Source: an uncultured Gammaproteobacteria bacterium
GTDB lineage: Bacteria > Patescibacteriota > Microgenomatia > Levybacterales > GWA1-39-11
Reading direction: 5' to 3'
NCBI GenBank assembly: GCA_964531275.1
Contig: CAZHDZ010000001.1
Coordinates: 144,945 to 208,944, forward strand
Length of the DNA: 64,000 nt
Under the pieces are notes generated by a model, which was given only the letters and a program-made list of their open reading frames with translations, had not been told where the DNA came from and searched no databases. A program made the position numbers and the translations under genes. Below, one piece after another: positions 1 to 10,430 of this stretch (position 1 is the stretch's first letter; each line of letters starts with the position of its first letter).

Positions 1-1
1 C

Positions 2-451
2 TCCACTCACATTGGACTTGATGAAGTTGATTCTGGTCAATTTGATAAAGAGGAAAGTATATCCTTTGCAACTGGAGCCTGCCTTTTGTTAAAGCGTGAT
101 GTTATAGATGATTTAGGTCTTTTTGACGAGAGATACTTCTTATACTATGAAGACGCTGATTTAAGCACGAAACTTATTAAAAATGGATATAAGCTGTTAT
201 ATATACCAAAAGGGATTGTTTGGCATAATAACGCAGGTTCTTCTGGTTCGGGGTCGGCTCTTCACGATTACTATTTAACCCGCAACAAGCTAATTTTTGG
301 TATGAAATATGCAAGTCCCAAAGTAAAAATTTTGCTTATGAAAGAGGCAGCAAGAATATTACTGAGTGGGCGAGAATGGCAAAAAAACGCAGTGAAGGAT
401 TATATTATTCGCAAGCTTGGAAAAGGAAGTTATGCGCCTAAAAAAGCATGA
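2..451 (+). CDS. GT2 family glycosyltransferase, C-terminal part (cut by window edge)
   Basis: Frame is open from base 2 (STHIGLDEVDSGQFDKEESISFATGACLLLKR...). Has the FATGACLL and LFDERYFLYYEDADL motifs of WbbL/RfbF-like GT2 enzymes. Confidence 0.85.
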   Translation, partial: STHIGLDEVDSGQFDKEESISFATGACLLLKRDVIDDLGLFDERYFLYYEDADLSTKLIKNGYKLLYIPKGIVWHNNAGSSGSGSALHDYYLTRNKLIFGMKYASPKVKILLMKEAARILLSGREWQKNAVKDYIIRKLGKGSYAPKKA

Positions 452-2094
452 AAAATAAATTGTTATTTCTGGTCATCTTCTTAGGTTTACTTCCGTTATT
501 TAATCTTCTAACTCCTGGACTTCCAATAACACACGATGGAACTGATCACGTAGCTCGCATTGCAAATTTTTATACAGGTCTTTCAGATGGGGTACTATTC
601 CCTAGATGGGGTGGGAATTTGAACTGGGGTTATGGTCATCCCGTTATGATGTTTTTGTATCCATTTTCATCTTATTTGGCTTCCTTTTTTCATTTAGTAG
701 GATTCACATTTGTAGATTCACTGAAAATATTATTTGCATTAGGATTTGTCGCAAGCGGAATAACAATGTATTTATGGGTAAAAGAACAATTCGGAGAAAA
801 ATACGCTGTGGTGAGCGCAGTAATTTATATGTACGCTCCTTATAGGTTTGTAGATCTCTATGTGAGGGGTGCAATAGGAGAGCATATGGCATTTATTTTT
901 CCGCCGCTAATTTTATATTTTGCATATAGATATTTTCAGGACAAACAATATGTGTGTCCGTCGCTTATTGGTATAAGCATATCTTTTGGCCTATTACTAC
1001 TTGCCCATAATGCGATTAGTCTAATGTTCTTTCCTGTATTTTTTCTGTACGTTCTATTTTTGGGGTTAAGTCAAAAAAAATATAAGAAGTTCGTTTTTAT
1101 TGGCCTATCATTTTTGATTGGGTTTTTACTTTCTTCTTTTTTTGTTATTCCAGCTTTCTTAGAAGGTAAATTTACCTTGCGAGATATTGTAACTGGAGAG
1201 GAGTATAAGGATCGATTCATCACGAATCCGCTTTCCTTATTGTATGGAGGATGGAATTATGGAATTACGGGTCAATTTACTACACAAATTGGGTTAGTAA
1301 ATATATTAGGATTGATACTTTCTCCGATATTCTTTTTAAGAAGTAAATCAAAAGAAATGCGAATATTCTTTGGCATTATATTGTTATTGATAGCTTCCTC
1401 GTTATTTCTGACAATTTCATATTCGAATTTTATTTATGATTTAATAACCACATTTAAGAAGTTCCAGTTTCCATGGAGGTTCTTGAGTCTATCTGTATTC
1501 TTAACTGCCGTTCTAACACCAGCAGTTCTTCTTACCATCAAAGACAAAAAGCTACAAAAAATACTCATGGTTTTACTGATACTTATTGCCATTATTCCTA
1601 CCGCTACATATTGGAGAGCAAAGGAGTATAAGACAATTCCAGACTCTTTCTATGAAGGCATATACTACGGTACAACAGACACCGGAGAAAGCGCCCCCAT
1701 ATGGTCAGTAAGATTTATGGAAAGGGTTCCGACTGCACAATCCGAAATTATTGAAGGGAGTGGAAGCATAAAGACAATTAATAGATCGTCTATAGTCCAT
1801 GAATATGAAATAGAAGCCTTCACAAAGTTAAGAGTGAGGGAAAATACGCTATATTTTCCGGGATGGAGCGTGCTTGATAACGGAAAAAAATTAGAAATTG
1901 AATTCCAGGACCCATCGAATAGAGGGCTTATAACGTATTATCTAGAACCTGGCACTCATCAGATAAAGATTGTATTCTTAGATACAAAATTGAGGTCATT
2001 TGCCAATGCACTTTCGATACTTTCCTTAGTAAGTATTATCGGTATGTGCATTTATTTTATTTATCAAAAGTATGGCGCAAGCAAGAAAAAATAA
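448..2094 (+). CDS. Polytopic GT-C-type membrane protein (PTPS-related/YfhO-like family)
   Basis: 548 aa, many TM segments. THDG..HVARI, FPRWGGNLNWGYGHP, APYRFVDLYVRGAIGE and FQFPWRFL motifs; YfhO-like C-terminal YFPGW beta domain plus final TM. Confidence 0.75.
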   Translation: MKNKLLFLVIFLGLLPLFNLLTPGLPITHDGTDHVARIANFYTGLSDGVLFPRWGGNLNWGYGHPVMMFLYPFSSYLASFFHLVGFTFVDSLKILFALGFVASGITMYLWVKEQFGEKYAVVSAVIYMYAPYRFVDLYVRGAIGEHMAFIFPPLILYFAYRYFQDKQYVCPSLIGISISFGLLLLAHNAISLMFFPVFFLYVLFLGLSQKKYKKFVFIGLSFLIGFLLSSFFVIPAFLEGKFTLRDIVTGEEYKDRFITNPLSLLYGGWNYGITGQFTTQIGLVNILGLILSPIFFLRSKSKEMRIFFGIILLLIASSLFLTISYSNFIYDLITTFKKFQFPWRFLSLSVFLTAVLTPAVLLTIKDKKLQKILMVLLILIAIIPTATYWRAKEYKTIPDSFYEGIYYGTTDTGESAPIWSVRFMERVPTAQSEIIEGSGSIKTINRSSIVHEYEIEAFTKLRVRENTLYFPGWSVLDNGKKLEIEFQDPSNRGLITYYLEPGTHQIKIVFLDTKLRSFANALSILSLVSIIGMCIYFIYQKYGASKKK

Positions 2095-4423
2095 CCATTT
2101 CTTATCAGAGTACCTAAAAATGTTAAGAGCTTTTAAATATTTCATTCTGATATTTATAGCTTGGGGGATATTCTCTTCTCCCTTTCTTTTCTTAGGCAAA
2201 ACTCCTTTCCCCTCTGATTATCAAGTAAATTTTTTTCAGCCTTGGACTCAATACCCAGGGATGGCAGGTCCCGTAAAGAACAATGCACAGCCTGATATTG
2301 TTGGTCAAATTTATCCATGGAGGTATTTTGCAATCGATCAACTAAAACATGGTTCAGTGCCATTCTGGAATCCATATAGTTTTGCGGGAACGCCCCATCT
2401 AGCAAATTATCAGTCCGCTGTTCTTTCTTTTTACAATATTTTTTTCCTACTTCCCATAAAATTTATAACTGCGTGGGGAGTGCTCGTATTGCTACAACCA
2501 CTTCTTGCGGGTATATTTACCTATCTTTTTGCAAGAACCCAAAAAATATCAGAGTTAGGTAGTCTACAAGCTGCCATCTCCTTTATGTTTTGCGGCTTTA
2601 TCGTTACATGGATGGGCTATGCAACCTTAGCCTATGCCATACTCCCATTGCCGTTAGCATTTTTTGCTATTGAGAAATTTGTTGGTTCTCAAAGACATAG
2701 GTACGCGATTCTATTATCATTTTGCATTCCGCTCTCTTTTTTTAGCGGTCATTTTCAAACAAGCCTGTACTTTTTAGGTGGGGTAATATTTTATCTAATT
2801 TTTAACTCTATCGTATCGAAAGAGAAAAAGAGATACCTTCATTTATTTGTATATATATTTTTTGGTATTTTATTATGTGCACCACAGGTATTGCCTTCCA
2901 TAGAGTTTTACACCCAAAGCGTGCGAAGCGGATTATTCCAAAAATTTGAGGCAATTCCATGGGGATATTTGCCGACATTTATCGCACCTGATTACTATGG
3001 CAACCCAGTTACAAGAAATGACTGGTTTGGCCATTACGCAGAGTGGAATGGTTATTCAGGCGCAATTACAATTCTTTTGGCATTAGGATCAGCTTTTGTT
3101 GTCAGGAATAAAAAAGTCATATTTTTTGTTTTCTTGCTTATTTTGTCTTTGCTTCTTGCATATGATACACCCCTTTTAACGTTGTTGGTCAATCTAAAAG
3201 TGCCTGTTCTTTCAACGAGTGCAGCAAGTAGGATTGTGGTTTTATTTAGTTTTTCAGTAGCTATATTAAGTGGTTTTGGAATCGATGCGATTACAACAGC
3301 ACTTTCTAAAAGAAGTAAAAAGGTGATCTTGATTGCATCTATTTTTCTTTGTGTATTATTGCTAGTTGCTGTTTTTCCTTTTCTTGGTGTGTTGCCAACA
3401 GATAAAGCTCTAATTGCAAAGAAAAATATGATACTGCCTGTCGGCATTTCAGTATTTGCTATTGTGCTTTTAGCTTTTGCCTATCTTAAAAATACAGGCA
3501 AGATATTTAGAATTCTTCTCATGGGTGTTGTTATTTTATCTCTATTAGAGATGCTACGATTCTCTACCAAATGGCAATCTTTCAATGATACAAAGCTGGC
3601 TTACGTGTCTGTACCTATTACAAAATTTTATAACTCAATGAATCACTACGATCGAGCTATTGGACTTTCAGGGGGAGAAGATGCAGTTTATTATAAAGTA
3701 CCTATTTTAAGAGGGTACGACCCTCTGTACATTGAGCGATATGGAGAGTATGTTGGTTATGTTGCTTATGGAAAGTTGCAGCCACCAGAAAGATCAGTAG
3801 TGAATTTTCCCATAGCTTCAGATAGAACTGCACAAGCTATCTCATTTTTAGGAGTAAAAACTGTTGTCCATAAAATATCTGATGGAACATTCCCATGGGC
3901 ATTTCCATTCGATAAGTATCCACTTCAGCAATTTACAAAAGTATATGAAGATTCAGCATATAGAGTCTTTAGGAATAATAGTGCCCAGGACAAAGTATTT
4001 GTCGTTAATGATGTAAAAATTGTAAAAGAAAAGCAAAAGGCTTTAGACCTTTTATTTTCCTCTGATACAAAAAATACGGCTGTAGTTTCAGAAGAAATTG
4101 GACAAATTGATGCAGCTTCATTGTCATCAGCTAAAGTCGAAAAATATGAACCCAACAGAATAGAAATAAAAGCAAAATCTACGGGAAATAGTTTGCTAGT
4201 ACTTACCGATAATTATTATCCAGGCTGGAAGGCAACGGTTAATGGTATTTCTTCAAAAATTTATATAACTAATTACTCTTTTAGGGGGGTAGTAATACCA
4301 GAAGGTGAAAGTAAGGTCATCTTTTCTTACTTGCCTGAAAGCTTCATGATTGGGGTCTATGTATCTCTTATCGGATTAATGGGTATAATAATTCTTGGAA
4401 TACTGCGGATATTTAAAAAATGA
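2072..4423 (+). CDS. YfhO-family GT-C membrane glycosyltransferase
   Basis: 783 aa. PFWNPYSFAGTPHLANYQS, GHFQ, GYDPLY and DNYYPGWKATVNG...NYSFRGVVIPEG motifs typical of YfhO. Confidence 0.85.
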   Translation: MAQARKNNHFLSEYLKMLRAFKYFILIFIAWGIFSSPFLFLGKTPFPSDYQVNFFQPWTQYPGMAGPVKNNAQPDIVGQIYPWRYFAIDQLKHGSVPFWNPYSFAGTPHLANYQSAVLSFYNIFFLLPIKFITAWGVLVLLQPLLAGIFTYLFARTQKISELGSLQAAISFMFCGFIVTWMGYATLAYAILPLPLAFFAIEKFVGSQRHRYAILLSFCIPLSFFSGHFQTSLYFLGGVIFYLIFNSIVSKEKKRYLHLFVYIFFGILLCAPQVLPSIEFYTQSVRSGLFQKFEAIPWGYLPTFIAPDYYGNPVTRNDWFGHYAEWNGYSGAITILLALGSAFVVRNKKVIFFVFLLILSLLLAYDTPLLTLLVNLKVPVLSTSAASRIVVLFSFSVAILSGFGIDAITTALSKRSKKVILIASIFLCVLLLVAVFPFLGVLPTDKALIAKKNMILPVGISVFAIVLLAFAYLKNTGKIFRILLMGVVILSLLEMLRFSTKWQSFNDTKLAYVSVPITKFYNSMNHYDRAIGLSGGEDAVYYKVPILRGYDPLYIERYGEYVGYVAYGKLQPPERSVVNFPIASDRTAQAISFLGVKTVVHKISDGTFPWAFPFDKYPLQQFTKVYEDSAYRVFRNNSAQDKVFVVNDVKIVKEKQKALDLLFSSDTKNTAVVSEEIGQIDAASLSSAKVEKYEPNRIEIKAKSTGNSLLVLTDNYYPGWKATVNGISSKIYITNYSFRGVVIPEGESKVIFSYLPESFMIGVYVSLIGLMGIIILGILRIFKK

Positions 4424-5175
4424 ACAATTTAACAGTAATAATTATCTCAAAAAATGACGAAGAAGTTCTTCCTGAAGCCATAGCCTCTGCAAAAGGTTTT
4501 GGGGAGATAGTAGTAATTGATGCAAGCAACACAGATGATACTCAGCAATTATGCATGAAGCTTAAAGTAAAATGTGTGAGGCATACTTTCAAAGATTTTG
4601 CCGATCAAAGAAATTTTGGTATGTACCATGCATTTAACGAGTGGGTGCTTTTTCTTGACTCTGATGAGAGACTGACTGATCCATTTAAGAAAGAGGTACT
4701 ATCCGTTATCAAGCAATATAATCCTGATAGTGAGATAGCTGGACATTTTATTCATAGAAAGACATTTTTTTATGGAAAAGATTGGAATTTTAGTGATCGC
4801 GTACAGAGACTTTTTTATAGAAAGAAGTTTATCGAATGGGAAGGCGTTGTCCATGAAACCCCAAAAGTAAATGGCAAATTAGGACAGATCGAGGCTCCCG
4901 TTCTTCATTTTACACACAGGCATTTATCTCAAATGGTAAAAAAAACAAACGAATGGTCTTTATATGAAGCAAAATTGAGGATCACCGCACAACATCCTAG
5001 ACTTGCGCCATGGCGCTTCCTAAGAGTGATGGGAAGTGAATTCATAAATTCTTATGTTAAAAATAAGGGCTATAAAAACGGAACACACGGGCTTATTGAA
5101 GGAATTTATCAGTCTTTTTCTATATTTATAACGTATGCAAAGCTTTGGGAACTCCAGCAACAAAAGAAGATTTAG
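4420..5175 (+). CDS. GT2 glycosyltransferase (WaaE/KdtX-like beta-glycosyltransferase)
   Basis: FKDFADQRNF, WVLFLDSDERL, GVVHE motifs and a C-terminal GYKNGTHGL...YAKLWE segment. Confidence 0.85.
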   Translation: MNNLTVIIISKNDEEVLPEAIASAKGFGEIVVIDASNTDDTQQLCMKLKVKCVRHTFKDFADQRNFGMYHAFNEWVLFLDSDERLTDPFKKEVLSVIKQYNPDSEIAGHFIHRKTFFYGKDWNFSDRVQRLFYRKKFIEWEGVVHETPKVNGKLGQIEAPVLHFTHRHLSQMVKKTNEWSLYEAKLRITAQHPRLAPWRFLRVMGSEFINSYVKNKGYKNGTHGLIEGIYQSFSIFITYAKLWELQQQKKI

Positions 5176-5417
5176 TTTTTTCTAAAATTTAACCACGAAG
5201 AGATTTCCGCAAGTGTCAGTCTTTTCTTAGCAAATTTGAAAAGATAAAGAATTTCAACAATTCCAAATTCGTTAATAGGGATTAATACAAATAGCACAAT
5301 AAACCAGTTACGCTGCTTTCCTTGGGATGCTCTCCAAAGTGCAAACCCTTTTATCGAAAGTTGTATAACAGAAATTATAATAATAAGTGTAAGACTTAAT
5401 GGATCCGGTGTTTTCAT
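5172..5417 (-). CDS. Small membrane protein, DUF5652-like
   Basis: 81 aa. KGFALWRAS...Q.NWFIVLF...N.FGIVEILYLF matches the recalled DUF5652 pattern, common in CPR genomes. Has its own promoter. Confidence 0.7.
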   Translation of the reverse strand: MKTPDPLSLTLIIIISVIQLSIKGFALWRASQGKQRNWFIVLFVLIPINEFGIVEILYLFKFAKKRLTLAEISSWLNFRKN

Positions 5418-5423
5418 AATTAA

Positions 5424-5452
5424 ACTCTAGCATATGAGCTTTTCTTGTGCAA
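5424..5452 (-). promoter_or_regulatory. Sigma70-type promoter, probably leaderless, for the DUF5652-like gene
   Basis: Minus strand reads TTGCAC-17 nt-TAGAGT (with TG extension), then 6 nt to the ATG at 5417. Confidence 0.55.
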
Positions 5453-5483
5453 TATTGATAGAATATAAAAAAGGATAGAAAGT

Positions 5484-6548
5484 ATGAATATAGGAATTTA
5501 TTCGCCGTATTTAACGACATTAACAGGTGGAGAGAAGTATATATTTACGGCTGCGTCCTGTCTTGCATCTGAGCATAAAGTGTCAATTTTTTGGGATGAC
5601 CCTGATATATTGGAGAAGGCTTCAAGAAAATTTGATCTGGATCTTTCAAAAGTTACCGTTGTCCCTAGTTTATTTTCAGAAAAGACCTCTTTTTTTAAAA
5701 GATTTTTTTCTACGTTCAAATACGACCGTTTGTTGTACCTTTCAGATGGTAGTATCCCAATTGTTCCTTGCCGACTTCTTATACATTTTCAATTTCCTGT
5801 AGAGTGGCTAGATACAAACAGCTTTATTTTTCTTTTTAAAAAGTCGAGGATTTCCAAGATAATATGCAACTCTCATTTCACAAAGCACTTTATTGACAAA
5901 AAATTTAATACTGAAAGTTTTGTGCTGTATCCCCCAGCCTCCACAAATAAAGAAGAAATTGCAGAAAAAGAAAAAATCATACTTACCGTAGGAAGATTTA
6001 GTATGCTTCCGAACGGGACAGATTTTAAAAAACTCTCCTCACTTGTTGAGTCCTTTAAGAAATTTCAGAAAAAAAGACTGAAGGGATGGAAAATGGCCAT
6101 TGTTACAAGTGTTTCTGACGACTCGCTGGAAGCATACAATCAATTCGAGTCAAGCATCAAGAGTTCTTACATAACAGTATATAAAAATGCAGAACACCAA
6201 AAAATTGTTGAGTTGTATAAAAAAGCAAGTATTTATTGGCATGCATCTGGGTTTGGAGAAGACTTGCAGAAGTACCCAGAAAGAGCAGAACATTTCGGTA
6301 TTTCAACCGTTGAGGCGATGTCGTTTGGCGCAGTCCCTATTGTAATTAATTCAGGAGGTCAACCTGAGATTGTGAAGAATAAAGAAAATGGATTTCTATG
6401 GAATGACCAAGAAGAGCTTATAAATCAAACACATAAAGTAGCAGTAGATCAAGATCTGTATAAAAAAATTCAAGAGAGTGCGATTGAGTCTTCACAAAGA
6501 TTTACCAAAGAAAGATTTTGCGAAGAGCTTAGTCATCTCATATGGTAG
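5484..6548 (+). CDS. GT4 family glycosyltransferase
   Basis: N-terminal GGEKY; ILTVGRF; EHFGISTVEAMSFG (EX7E); SGGQPEIV. Confidence 0.9.
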   Translation: MNIGIYSPYLTTLTGGEKYIFTAASCLASEHKVSIFWDDPDILEKASRKFDLDLSKVTVVPSLFSEKTSFFKRFFSTFKYDRLLYLSDGSIPIVPCRLLIHFQFPVEWLDTNSFIFLFKKSRISKIICNSHFTKHFIDKKFNTESFVLYPPASTNKEEIAEKEKIILTVGRFSMLPNGTDFKKLSSLVESFKKFQKKRLKGWKMAIVTSVSDDSLEAYNQFESSIKSSYITVYKNAEHQKIVELYKKASIYWHASGFGEDLQKYPERAEHFGISTVEAMSFGAVPIVINSGGQPEIVKNKENGFLWNDQEELINQTHKVAVDQDLYKKIQESAIESSQRFTKERFCEELSHLIW

Positions 6549-8770
6549 AAAAGTTCAAAAAGATATTGTTTCCACTATTTCTCTTAATAGTTATAGCTTT
6601 TTTTTATGCACCCTTTCTGTTGTTTGGAAAGATTCCAATTCCTGCAGATACGTTAGTGGGTCTATACCATCCATACAGAGATTTTTATAGTCGGGAATAT
6701 CCTCGAGGTATCCCTTTTAAAAATTTCTTAATAACAGATCCTGTAAGACAAACATATATTTGGAAAGAACTTTCTATAGATCTTTTGAAAAGGTTGGAAA
6801 TGCCATTATGGAATCCATACGAGATGGCCGGCAAGCCTTTGGCGGGTAACATTCAGTCTTCCCCATACTACCCGTTGAATGTAGTATTCGCCATTTTACC
6901 TATGAGTATAGGATGGGGGGTTTTTATTTTTTCCCAGACAATCCTAAGTAGTATCTTTACGTATCTCTACCTGAGGAATTTGAAACTGAACAATGCCGCC
7001 TCAGCTTTCGGAGCTATAGCATTCTCTTTTAGTGGTTTTGTTGTCGCTTGGTTGACATGGGGAAATGTGGTGCACACAGCGTTATGGTTGCCTCTCGTGC
7101 TTTTGGGTATCGATAAGATAACTTCAAATAGTAAGTATAAAAAAGCATGGATTTTCCTTTTAGCATTTGGATTGTCTAGTGCTCTTTTAGCCGGACATAC
7201 TCAAACATTTTTATACATATTCTTTCTTTCTTTTCTTTATTTTTTACTCAGATGGCGGAAGAACGCAAAGAACTTTATTATTTACATATTAATTTGCTTG
7301 GGTGTGGGAATAGTTACGTTTATTCAGTGGTATCCTTCGTTGATGTTCTTGGCTAACTCCGCAAGGGGAACAGATCGACAATTTCTTGACGTTGAAGGAT
7401 GGTTCATTCCTTGGAAACATCTAGTTCAATTTTTATCACCTGACTTCTTTGGTAATCCAGCCACACTTAACTACTTTGGAATTTTTAATTACGCAGAATT
7501 TGTCGGATATATAGGGGTCTTGCCGATTCTATTTGCATTTCTCGCATTGGTAAAAAGGAATAATACAATTAATTTTTTTGTTGGTGTAGTCTTGTTTTGT
7601 CTTGTTTTTAGTTTGCCTACTGGATTGTCCTCCATTCCGTATCTTTTATCAGTTCCTATTATTTCAAGTTTGCAGCCGACACGTTTGATTTTTTTGATCT
7701 GTTTTGGATTGTCAATCTTATCAGCTTATGGTCTTAACACAATCATGCATGAGAAGTTACGAATCAAAAATCTTCTCTTTCCAGCAATATTTCTAGCTTT
7801 TTGTTATGTGACGCTATTGCTATTTGCAATTTTTCCAAACTCTTCTTTCTTCGAACATGCCCAGCAGGCAAAGATTGCTTTAAGAAATTTAGTTCTTCCT
7901 CTCGCTTTATTTCTTATGGGTGTTGTCTGTATATTTTCTATTGTCTTAATTAAGAATCGTAATATAAAAATGTTTCTCGTTATTGTCTTATTTGCTCTTA
8001 CATCATTTGATCTTACTCGGTTCGCCCAAAAATTCACCCCATTTACATCAAGTGCATATCTGTATCCATCAACAAAAACACTAGAATTTTTAAAGTCAAA
8101 ACAAAATATATTTAGAGTAGCTGTTATGGATCGAAGAATTCTTGCACCAAACTTTTTAACACACTATAAAATACAGACAATTGAGGGTTACGATCCACTA
8201 TATTTGAATGCTTATGCTGAATTTATTGCTTCTCTTGAGAGAGATAAACCTGATATACAACCACCTTTTGGATTTAACAGAATTATTACACCGCATAACT
8301 ACAATTCTCAGATGTTTGATTTTCTTAATACAGAATACGTTTTGTCCTTAGATTCCATTGATTCACCAAAGCTTAAAAAAGTTTTTGAAGAAGGAGAGAC
8401 TAAGATTTATAAAAATTTGGGAGCATATCCACGTGCATTTTTTGTAAAAGATGTTTCCAGTGCTAACAATTCAATAAGACAAATATATAGCAGTGATCTG
8501 AAAAGCACGGCAATCGTTGAAGGTCTTGGCTCAATGACAAATCTAGCTATTGGAGAAGCGAGGATAACTCATTATTCGGAAAGCAGAATTGAAATAAGTA
8601 CGTACAACAAGGGAAATGGATTTTTAGTTATTTCAGACTCATTTTATCCCACATGGAAAGTCTACATAGATGGCAGGAAGACTACGTTATACAAAACAAA
8701 CCACGCATTTAGAGGGGTATATATTCCTGCGGGTAATCACACTATACTATTTAAAGATGGCTTACTGTAA
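6542..8770 (+). CDS. YfhO-family GT-C membrane glycosyltransferase (paralog of 2072-4423)
   Basis: PLWNPYEMAGKPLAGNIQS, SPDFFGNPATLNYFG, GYDPLY and DSFYPTWKVYIDG...NHAFRGV motifs. Confidence 0.85.
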   Translation: MVEKFKKILFPLFLLIVIAFFYAPFLLFGKIPIPADTLVGLYHPYRDFYSREYPRGIPFKNFLITDPVRQTYIWKELSIDLLKRLEMPLWNPYEMAGKPLAGNIQSSPYYPLNVVFAILPMSIGWGVFIFSQTILSSIFTYLYLRNLKLNNAASAFGAIAFSFSGFVVAWLTWGNVVHTALWLPLVLLGIDKITSNSKYKKAWIFLLAFGLSSALLAGHTQTFLYIFFLSFLYFLLRWRKNAKNFIIYILICLGVGIVTFIQWYPSLMFLANSARGTDRQFLDVEGWFIPWKHLVQFLSPDFFGNPATLNYFGIFNYAEFVGYIGVLPILFAFLALVKRNNTINFFVGVVLFCLVFSLPTGLSSIPYLLSVPIISSLQPTRLIFLICFGLSILSAYGLNTIMHEKLRIKNLLFPAIFLAFCYVTLLLFAIFPNSSFFEHAQQAKIALRNLVLPLALFLMGVVCIFSIVLIKNRNIKMFLVIVLFALTSFDLTRFAQKFTPFTSSAYLYPSTKTLEFLKSKQNIFRVAVMDRRILAPNFLTHYKIQTIEGYDPLYLNAYAEFIASLERDKPDIQPPFGFNRIITPHNYNSQMFDFLNTEYVLSLDSIDSPKLKKVFEEGETKIYKNLGAYPRAFFVKDVSSANNSIRQIYSSDLKSTAIVEGLGSMTNLAIGEARITHYSESRIEISTYNKGNGFLVISDSFYPTWKVYIDGRKTTLYKTNHAFRGVYIPAGNHTILFKDGLL

Positions 8771-8772
8771 AA

Positions 8773-9705
8773 ATGGAAGTTGATATTGTAATACCAAACT
8801 ATAACGGAGCTCATTTATTTGAAAAAAACCTACCCAAGGTTCTAGAGGCTCACGATGGGTATAAGGGCAAAATTATTGTTGTTGATGATGGTTCAAAAAA
8901 AGAGGACAAGCAAAGACTTAGGGAAGTTATAGCAGTGATAAAAAGTAATAAGCTAATTCTAGTAGAACATCATCTCAACAAAGGCTTTTCATCAGCCATA
9001 AATACTGGAGTGCATAAATCCGAAGCAAAGTTTGTTGTGCTTTTGAATAGTGATGTTGTTCCTAAGAAAAATTTCCTATTAGCATTACTTGAAAAAATGA
9101 ATTCAGACTCACTGTATTTTGGTGTAGGGTGTCTCGACGAAAGCTATGAGGGTGGAAAAATTGTAAAACGGGGTCGTGGCGTTGGCTCATGGAAGAGTGG
9201 TATGGTTGTTCACAGTAAAGGAGATGAGAGTAGTGAAGAGACATTTTGGATATCTGGTGGTAGTTGTATCTTAAGGCGTGAACTATTTGTAAAACTTGGA
9301 GGGATGGATACGTTATTTAACCCATTCTATTGGGAGGATATAGATCTCTCGTATAGGGCAGTAAAATCTGGATATAAGATATCATTTGATAAGAAATCAG
9401 TTGTAGAACACTATCACAATGAGGGTGCAATAATAACAGGCTTTAAAAAAGAGCGAATAACTCGTGCTGCATATCGAAATCAGTTCATATTTATATGGAA
9501 AAATATCACATCCCCAAATCTGCTTGCAAATCATATTTTGCTTCTTCCAATTAATATGGCAAGAGCATTAAAGAGAAGTGATTTAGAATTTTTTAATGGA
9601 TTATTCCTTGCCCTGATTAAGTTACCTGCTATAATTAAAAGACGTAAGATGCAGCAGAAATTCTACCAACGTTCTGATGCCCAGCTCTTACATAGCATCA
9701 CATGA
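8773..9705 (+). CDS. GT2 family glycosyltransferase
   Basis: IVIPNYNG, VVDDGS, NKGFSSAINTG, LLNSDV and FYWEDIDLSYRA motifs. Confidence 0.9.
   Translation: MEVDIVIPNYNGAHLFEKNLPKVLEAHDGYKGKIIVVDDGSKKEDKQRLREVIAVIKSNKLILVEHHLNKGFSSAINTGVHKSEAKFVVLLNSDVVPKKNFLLALLEKMNSDSLYFGVGCLDESYEGGKIVKRGRGVGSWKSGMVVHSKGDESSEETFWISGGSCILRRELFVKLGGMDTLFNPFYWEDIDLSYRAVKSGYKISFDKKSVVEHYHNEGAIITGFKKERITRAAYRNQFIFIWKNITSPNLLANHILLLPINMARALKRSDLEFFNGLFLALIKLPAIIKRRKMQQKFYQRSDAQLLHSIT
9608..9635 (+). promoter_or_regulatory. Candidate internal promoter upstream of the DPM-synthase-like gene
   Basis: TTGCCC-16 nt-TATAAT with TGn extension, inside the 3' end of the previous CDS, 66 nt before the ATG at 9702. Confidence 0.4.
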
Positions 9706-10430
9706 ATTCATCTAAAAAACTTCTTTCTATTGTCATTCCCGTATATAACGAAGAAAAAACAATAGGTATAGTCCTTGATAAGTTGCACAAACTACAAATT
9801 CCAAAACTTGAGGTTGAAATTGTCGTTGTCGATGATGGTTCAAAGGATAACTCTGCAAAAATTATTACTGAAAAAAAGAAAAAGATAGCAAATATCCATT
9901 TTATTCAGCACAAAGTTAACCAAGGAAAAGGTGCGGCGGTTATTACCGGATTTAATAACGCAAAGGGTTCCGTGCTTTTGATACAGGATGCAGATCTTGA
10001 GTATAATCCTGAAGAAATACCTATGCTTCTTGAACCAATTCTGAAAGGTATAGAAAAAGTTGTGTATGGAACTCGGTTGAGACGCAATTTTTCACTTTTT
10101 GGTAAGGAAAGAACCCCGCTCCCATTTCACTTTATTGGGAATAAATTTCTAAGCCTGGCCACAACAGTTCTTTATGGGGAAAGTATTACTGATATGGAAA
10201 CCGGCTATAAACTATTTTTAAAATCTGCACTTGATGGGATTAGTCTTAAGTCGAGATCTTTTGATTTTGAGCCTGAAATCACAGCGAAAATCTTGAAAAA
10301 AGGTATACACATCCTAGAGCTTGATATAACGACGAATCCGCGAGGTTATGATGAAGGGAAGAAAATAAGACCGGTTCACGATGGAACGATCGCACTTTGG
10401 ACACTTATTAAGTATAGATTTACTTCATGA
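9702..10430 (+). CDS. Polyprenol-phosphate glycosyltransferase (DPM/DPG synthase-like GT2)
   Basis: SIVIPVYNEE, VDDGSKD, NQGKGAAV, IQDADLEYNP, TDMETGYKLF, FDFEPEITAK and EGKKI motifs. Confidence 0.85.
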   Translation: MNSSKKLLSIVIPVYNEEKTIGIVLDKLHKLQIPKLEVEIVVVDDGSKDNSAKIITEKKKKIANIHFIQHKVNQGKGAAVITGFNNAKGSVLLIQDADLEYNPEEIPMLLEPILKGIEKVVYGTRLRRNFSLFGKERTPLPFHFIGNKFLSLATTVLYGESITDMETGYKLFLKSALDGISLKSRSFDFEPEITAKILKKGIHILELDITTNPRGYDEGKKIRPVHDGTIALWTLIKYRFTS

